DNA of 41,798 nucleotides, taken from the NCBI GenBank assembly GCA_032718475.1, contig JAUCBJ010002122.1, forward strand, positions 1 through 41,798, written 5' to 3'. Each line of letters opens with the position of its first letter. Within the stretch, counting starts at the first letter, position 1. The notes under the pieces were generated by a model. That model made no database searches, was not told the DNA's origin, and worked only from the letters and a program-made list of their open reading frames with translations. Made by a program: the position numbers and the translations under genes. This DNA comes from Nemertoderma westbladi. Taxonomy: Eukaryota; Animalia; Xenacoelomorpha. This document shows, piece by piece, positions 37,201 through 41,798 of this stretch.

Positions 37201-40200
37201 TATAGGAGTACTGGTTCTAACTGCTGCATGATGGACTCCATATAGGAGTACTGGTTCTAACTGCTGTATGATGGACTCCATATAGGAGTACTGGTTCTAA
37301 CTGCTGTATGATTGACTCCATATAGGAGTACTGGTTCTAACTGCTGTATGATGGAATCCATATAGGAAGGAGTACTGGTTCTAACTGCTGTATGATGGAC
37401 TCCATATAGGAGTACTGGTTCTAACTTCTGATCGATGGACTCCATATAGGAGTACTGGTTCTAACTGCTGTATGATGGACTCCATAAAGGAGTACTGGTT
37501 CTAACTGCTGTATGATGGACTCCATATAGGAGTACTGGTTTTAACTGCTGTATGATGGAATCCATATAGGAAGGAGTACTGGTTCTAACTGCTGTATGAT
37601 GGACTCCATATAGGAGTACTGGTTCTAACTTCTGATCGATGGACTCCATATAGGAGTACTGGTTCTAACTGCTGTATGATGGAATCCATATAGGAAGGAG
37701 TACTGGTTCTAACTGCTGTATGATGGACTCCATATAGGAGTACTGGTTCTAACTGCTGTATGATGGAATCCATATGGGAGTACTGGTTCCTGGTTCTATC
37801 TGCTGATTGATGCTCCATATCGGAGTACTGGTTCTAACTGCTGTATGATGGACTCCATATAGGAGTACTGGTTCTAACTGCTGTATGATGGAATCCATAT
37901 AGGAAGGAGTACTGGTTCTAACTGCTGTATGATGGACTCCATATAGGAGTACTGGTTCTAACTTCTGATCGATGGACTCCATATAGGAGTACTGGTTCTA
38001 ACTGCTGTATGATGGAATCCATATAGGAAGGAGTACTGGTTCTAACTGCTGTATGATGGACTCCATATAGGAGTACTGGTTCTAACTGCTGTATGATGGA
38101 ATCCATATGGGAGTACTGGTTCCTGGTTCTAACTGCTGTATGATGGACTCCATATAGGAGTACTGGTTCTAACTGCTGTATGATGGAATCCATATAGGAA
38201 GGAGTACTGGTTCTAACTGCTGTATGATGGACTCCATATAGGAGTACTGGTTCTAACTTCTGATCGATGGACTCCATATAGGAGTACTGGTTCTAACTGC
38301 TGTATGATGGACTCCATATAGGAGTACTGATTCTAACTGCTATATGATGGACTCCATATAGGAGTACTGGTTCTAACTGCTGTATGATGGACTCCATATA
38401 GGAGTACTGGTTCTAACTGCTGTATGATGGACTCCATATAGGAGTACTGGTTCTAACTGCTGTATGATGGACTCCATATAGGAGTACTGGTTCTAACTTC
38501 TGATTGATGGACTCCATATAGGAGTACTGGTTCTAACTTCTGATTGATGGACTCCATATAGGAGTACTGGTTCTAACTGCTGTATGATGGACTCCATATA
38601 GGAGTACTGGTTCTAACTGCTGTATGATGGACTCCATATAGGAGTACTGGTTCTAACTGCTGTATGATGGAATCCATATAGGAAGGAGTACTGGTTCTAA
38701 CTTCTGATTGATGGACTCCATATAGGAGTACTGGTTCTAACTGCTGTATGATGGACTCCATATAGGAGTACTGATTCTAACTGCTGTATGATGGACTCCA
38801 TATAGGAGTACTGGTTCTAACTGCTGTATGATGGAATCCATATAGGAAGGAGTACTGGTTCTAACTTCTGATTGATGGACTCCATATAGGAGTACTGGTT
38901 CTAACTGCTGTATGATGGACTCCATATAGGAGTTCTAACTGCTGTATGATGGACTCCATATAGGAGTACTGGTTCTAACTTCTGATTGATGGACTCCATA
39001 TAGGAGTACTGGTTCTAACTGCTGTATGATGGACTCCATATAGGAGTACTGGTTCTAACTGCTGCATGATGGACTCCATATAGGAGTACTGGTTCTAACT
39101 GCTGTATGATGGAATCCATATAGGAAGGAGTACTGGTTCTAACTTCTGATTGATGGACTCCATATAGGAGTACTGGTTCTAACTGCTGTATGATGGATTC
39201 CATATAGGAGTACTGATTCTAACTGCTGTATGATGGACTCCATATAGGAGTACTGGTTCTAACTGCTGTATGATGGAATCCATATAGGAAGGAGTACTGG
39301 TTCTAACTTCTGATTGATGGACTCCATATAGGAGTACTGGTTCTAACTGCTGTATGATGGACTCCATATAGGAGTTCTAACTGCTGTATGATGGACTCCA
39401 TATAGGAGTACTGGTTCTAACTGCTGTATGATGGACTCCATATAGGAGTACTGGTTCTAACTGCTGTATGATGGAATCCATATAGGAAGGAGTACTGGTT
39501 CTAACTGCTGTATGATGGACTCCATATAGGAGTACTGGTTCTAACTTATGATTGATGGACTGACTCCATATAGGAGTACTGGTTCTAACTGCTGTATGAT
39601 GGAATCCATATAGGAAGGAGTACTGGTTCTAACTGCTGTATGATGGACTCCATATAGGAGTTCCAACTGCTGTATGATGGACTCCATATAGGAGTACTGG
39701 TTCTAACTGCTGTATGATGGACTCCATATAGGAGTACTGGTTCTAACTGCTGTATGATGGAATCCATATAGGAAGGAGTACTGGTTCTAACTGCTGTATG
39801 ATGGACTCCATATAGGAGTACTGGTTCTAACTTCTGATCGATGGACTCCATATAGGAGTACTGGTTCTAACTGCTGTATGATGGACTCCATAAAGGAGTA
39901 CTGGTTCTAACTGCTGTATGATGGACTCCATATAGGACTGGTTCTAACTGCTGTATGACGGACTCCATATAGTAGTACTGGTTCTAACTGCTGTATGATG
40001 GAATCCATATAGGAAGGAGTACTGGTTCTAACTGCTGTATGATGGACTCCATATAGGAGTACTGGTTCTAACTGCTGTATGATGGACTCCATATAGGAGT
40101 ACTGGTTTTAACTGATGTATGATGGACTCCATATAGGAGTACTGGTTCTGACTGCTGTATGATGGACTCCATATAGGAGTACTGGTTCTAACTGCTGTAT

Positions 40201-41798
40201 GATGGACTCCATAAAGGAGTACTGGTTCTAACTGCTGTATGATGGACTCCATATAGGAGTACTGGTTTTAACTGATGTATGATGGACTCCATATAGGAGT
40301 ACTGGTTTTAACTGATGTATGATGGACTCCATATAGGAGTACTGGTTCTAACTGCTGTATGATGGAATCCATATAGGAAGGAGTACTGGTTCTAACTGCT
40401 GTATGATGGACTCCATATAGGAGTACTGGTTCTAACTTATGATTGATGGACTGACTCCATATAGGAGTACTGGTTCTAACTGCTGTATGATGGAATCCAT
40501 ATAGGAAGGAGTACTGGTTCTAACTGCTGTATGATGGACTCCATATAGGAGTACTGGTTCTAACTTCTGATCGATGGACTCCATATAGGAGTACTGGTTC
40601 TAACTGCTGTATGATGGACTCCATATAGGAGTACTGGTTTTAACTGCTGTATGATGGACTCCATATAGGAGTACTGGTTCTAACTGCTGTATGATGGAAT
40701 CCATATAGGAAGGAGTACTGGTTCTAACTGCTGTATGATGGACTCCATATAGGAGTACTGGTTCTAACTTATGATTGATGGACTGACTCCATATAGGAGT
40801 ACTGGTTCTAACTTCTGATTGCGGAGTACTGGTTCTAACAGCTGTATGATGGACTCCATATAGGAAGGAGTACTGGTTCTAACTGCTGTATGATGGTCTC
40901 CATATAGGAGTACTGGTTCTAACTGCTGTATGATGGACTCCATATAGGAGTACTGGTTCTAACTGCTGTATGATGGACTCCATATAGGAGTAATGGTTCT
41001 AACTGCTGTATGATGGACTCCATATCGGAGTACTGGTTCTAACTGCTGTATGATGGACTCCATATAGGAGTACTGGTTCTAACAGCTGTATGATGGACTC
41101 CATATAGGAGTACTGGTTCTAACTGCTGTATGATGGACTCCATATAGGAGTACTGATTCTAACTGCTGTATGATGGACTCCATATAGGAGTTCTAACTGC
41201 TGTATGATGGACTCCATATAGGAGTACTGGTTCTAACTTTTGTATGATGGACTCCATATAGGAGTACTGGTTCTAACTGCTGTATGATGGACTCCATATA
41301 GGAGTACTGGTTCTAACTGCTGTATGATGGACTCCATATAGGAGTACTGGTTCTAACTTCTGATTGATGGACTGACTCCATATAGGAGTACTGGTTCTAA
41401 CTTCTGATTGATGCTCCATATAGGAGTACTGGTTCTAACTGCTGTATGATGGTCTCCATATAGGAGTACTGGTTCTAACAGCTGTATGATGGACTCCATA
41501 TAGGAGTACTGGTTCTAACTGCTGTATGATGGAATCCATATAGGAAGGAGTACTGGTTCTAACTGCTGTATGATGGTCTCCATATAGGAGTACTGGTTCT
41601 AACTGCTGTATGATGGACTCCATATAGGAGTACTGGTTCTAACTGCTGTATGATGGACTCCATATAGGAGTACTGGTTCTAACTGCTGTATGATGGACTC
41701 CATATCGGAGTACTGGTTCTAACTGCTGTATGATGGACTCCATATAGGAGTACTGGTTCTAACAGCTGTATGATGGACTCCATATAGAAGTACTGGTT

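Larger units (their letters stand above)
6523..41798. repeat. Tandem satellite array, 40-bp monomer GGAGTACTGGTTCTAACTGCTGTATGATGGACTCCATATA (17/40 GC), roughly 880 head-to-tail copies, continuing past the window end
   Basis: Directly visible. One orientation throughout, no non-satellite interruption seen. Recurrent length variants of 24, 27, 34, 37, 38 and 44 bp. Confidence 0.99.

Noticed and set aside
6661-41623. Dozens of 60-119 aa minus-strand ORFs (MESIIQQLEPVLLYGVHHTAVRTSTP...)
   Set aside because: A 40-bp period cycles through all three frames and one frame contains TAG. ORFs lengthen only where indel variants skip that frame, so they are translation artefacts.
6523-41798. CRISPR array (constant part with a palindrome plus a variable segment)
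   Set aside because: The variable segments are about 10 bp and drawn from a handful of related variants rather than unique spacers. There are no cas genes, and the neighbour is a metazoan-type retrotransposon.
6523-41798. Telomerase-type telomeric repeat
   Set aside because: The unit is 40 bp with kb-scale higher-order duplications, which indicates recombinational amplification rather than templated addition. A subtelomeric location cannot be excluded from this window.

Overview
The window has two parts and is most likely metazoan genomic DNA. (1) Positions 1-6522 are the 3' portion of an apparently intact BEL/Pao LTR retrotransposon on the + strand. An uninterrupted pol frame (end of protease, RT, RNase H, integrase) enters from upstream of the window and stops at 3721. 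It is followed by about 1.9 kb of motif-rich non-coding DNA, a short polypurine tract and an 889-bp candidate 3' LTR (TGTT...AACA, 5634-6522) with a well-spaced CCAAT/TATA/Inr promoter. (2) Directly after the LTR's terminal CA, a tandem satellite of a 40-bp monomer (GGAGTACTGGTTCTAACTGCTGTATGATGGACTCCATATA) runs for more than 35 kb, roughly 880 copies, to the window end. It is built from a small set of monomer variants arranged in kb-scale higher-order repeats (periods of 2287, 2555 and 3297-3299 bp). The many short minus-strand ORFs are translation artefacts of the satellite, and there is no CRISPR array. The most interesting leads are the LTR/satellite junction (insertion into a satellite versus a satellite grown from a retroelement leader), the higher-order repeat architecture, and strong CCGGTA/TACCGGTA enrichment confined to the element's non-coding DNA. 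I found no firm evidence for a wholly new biological system.
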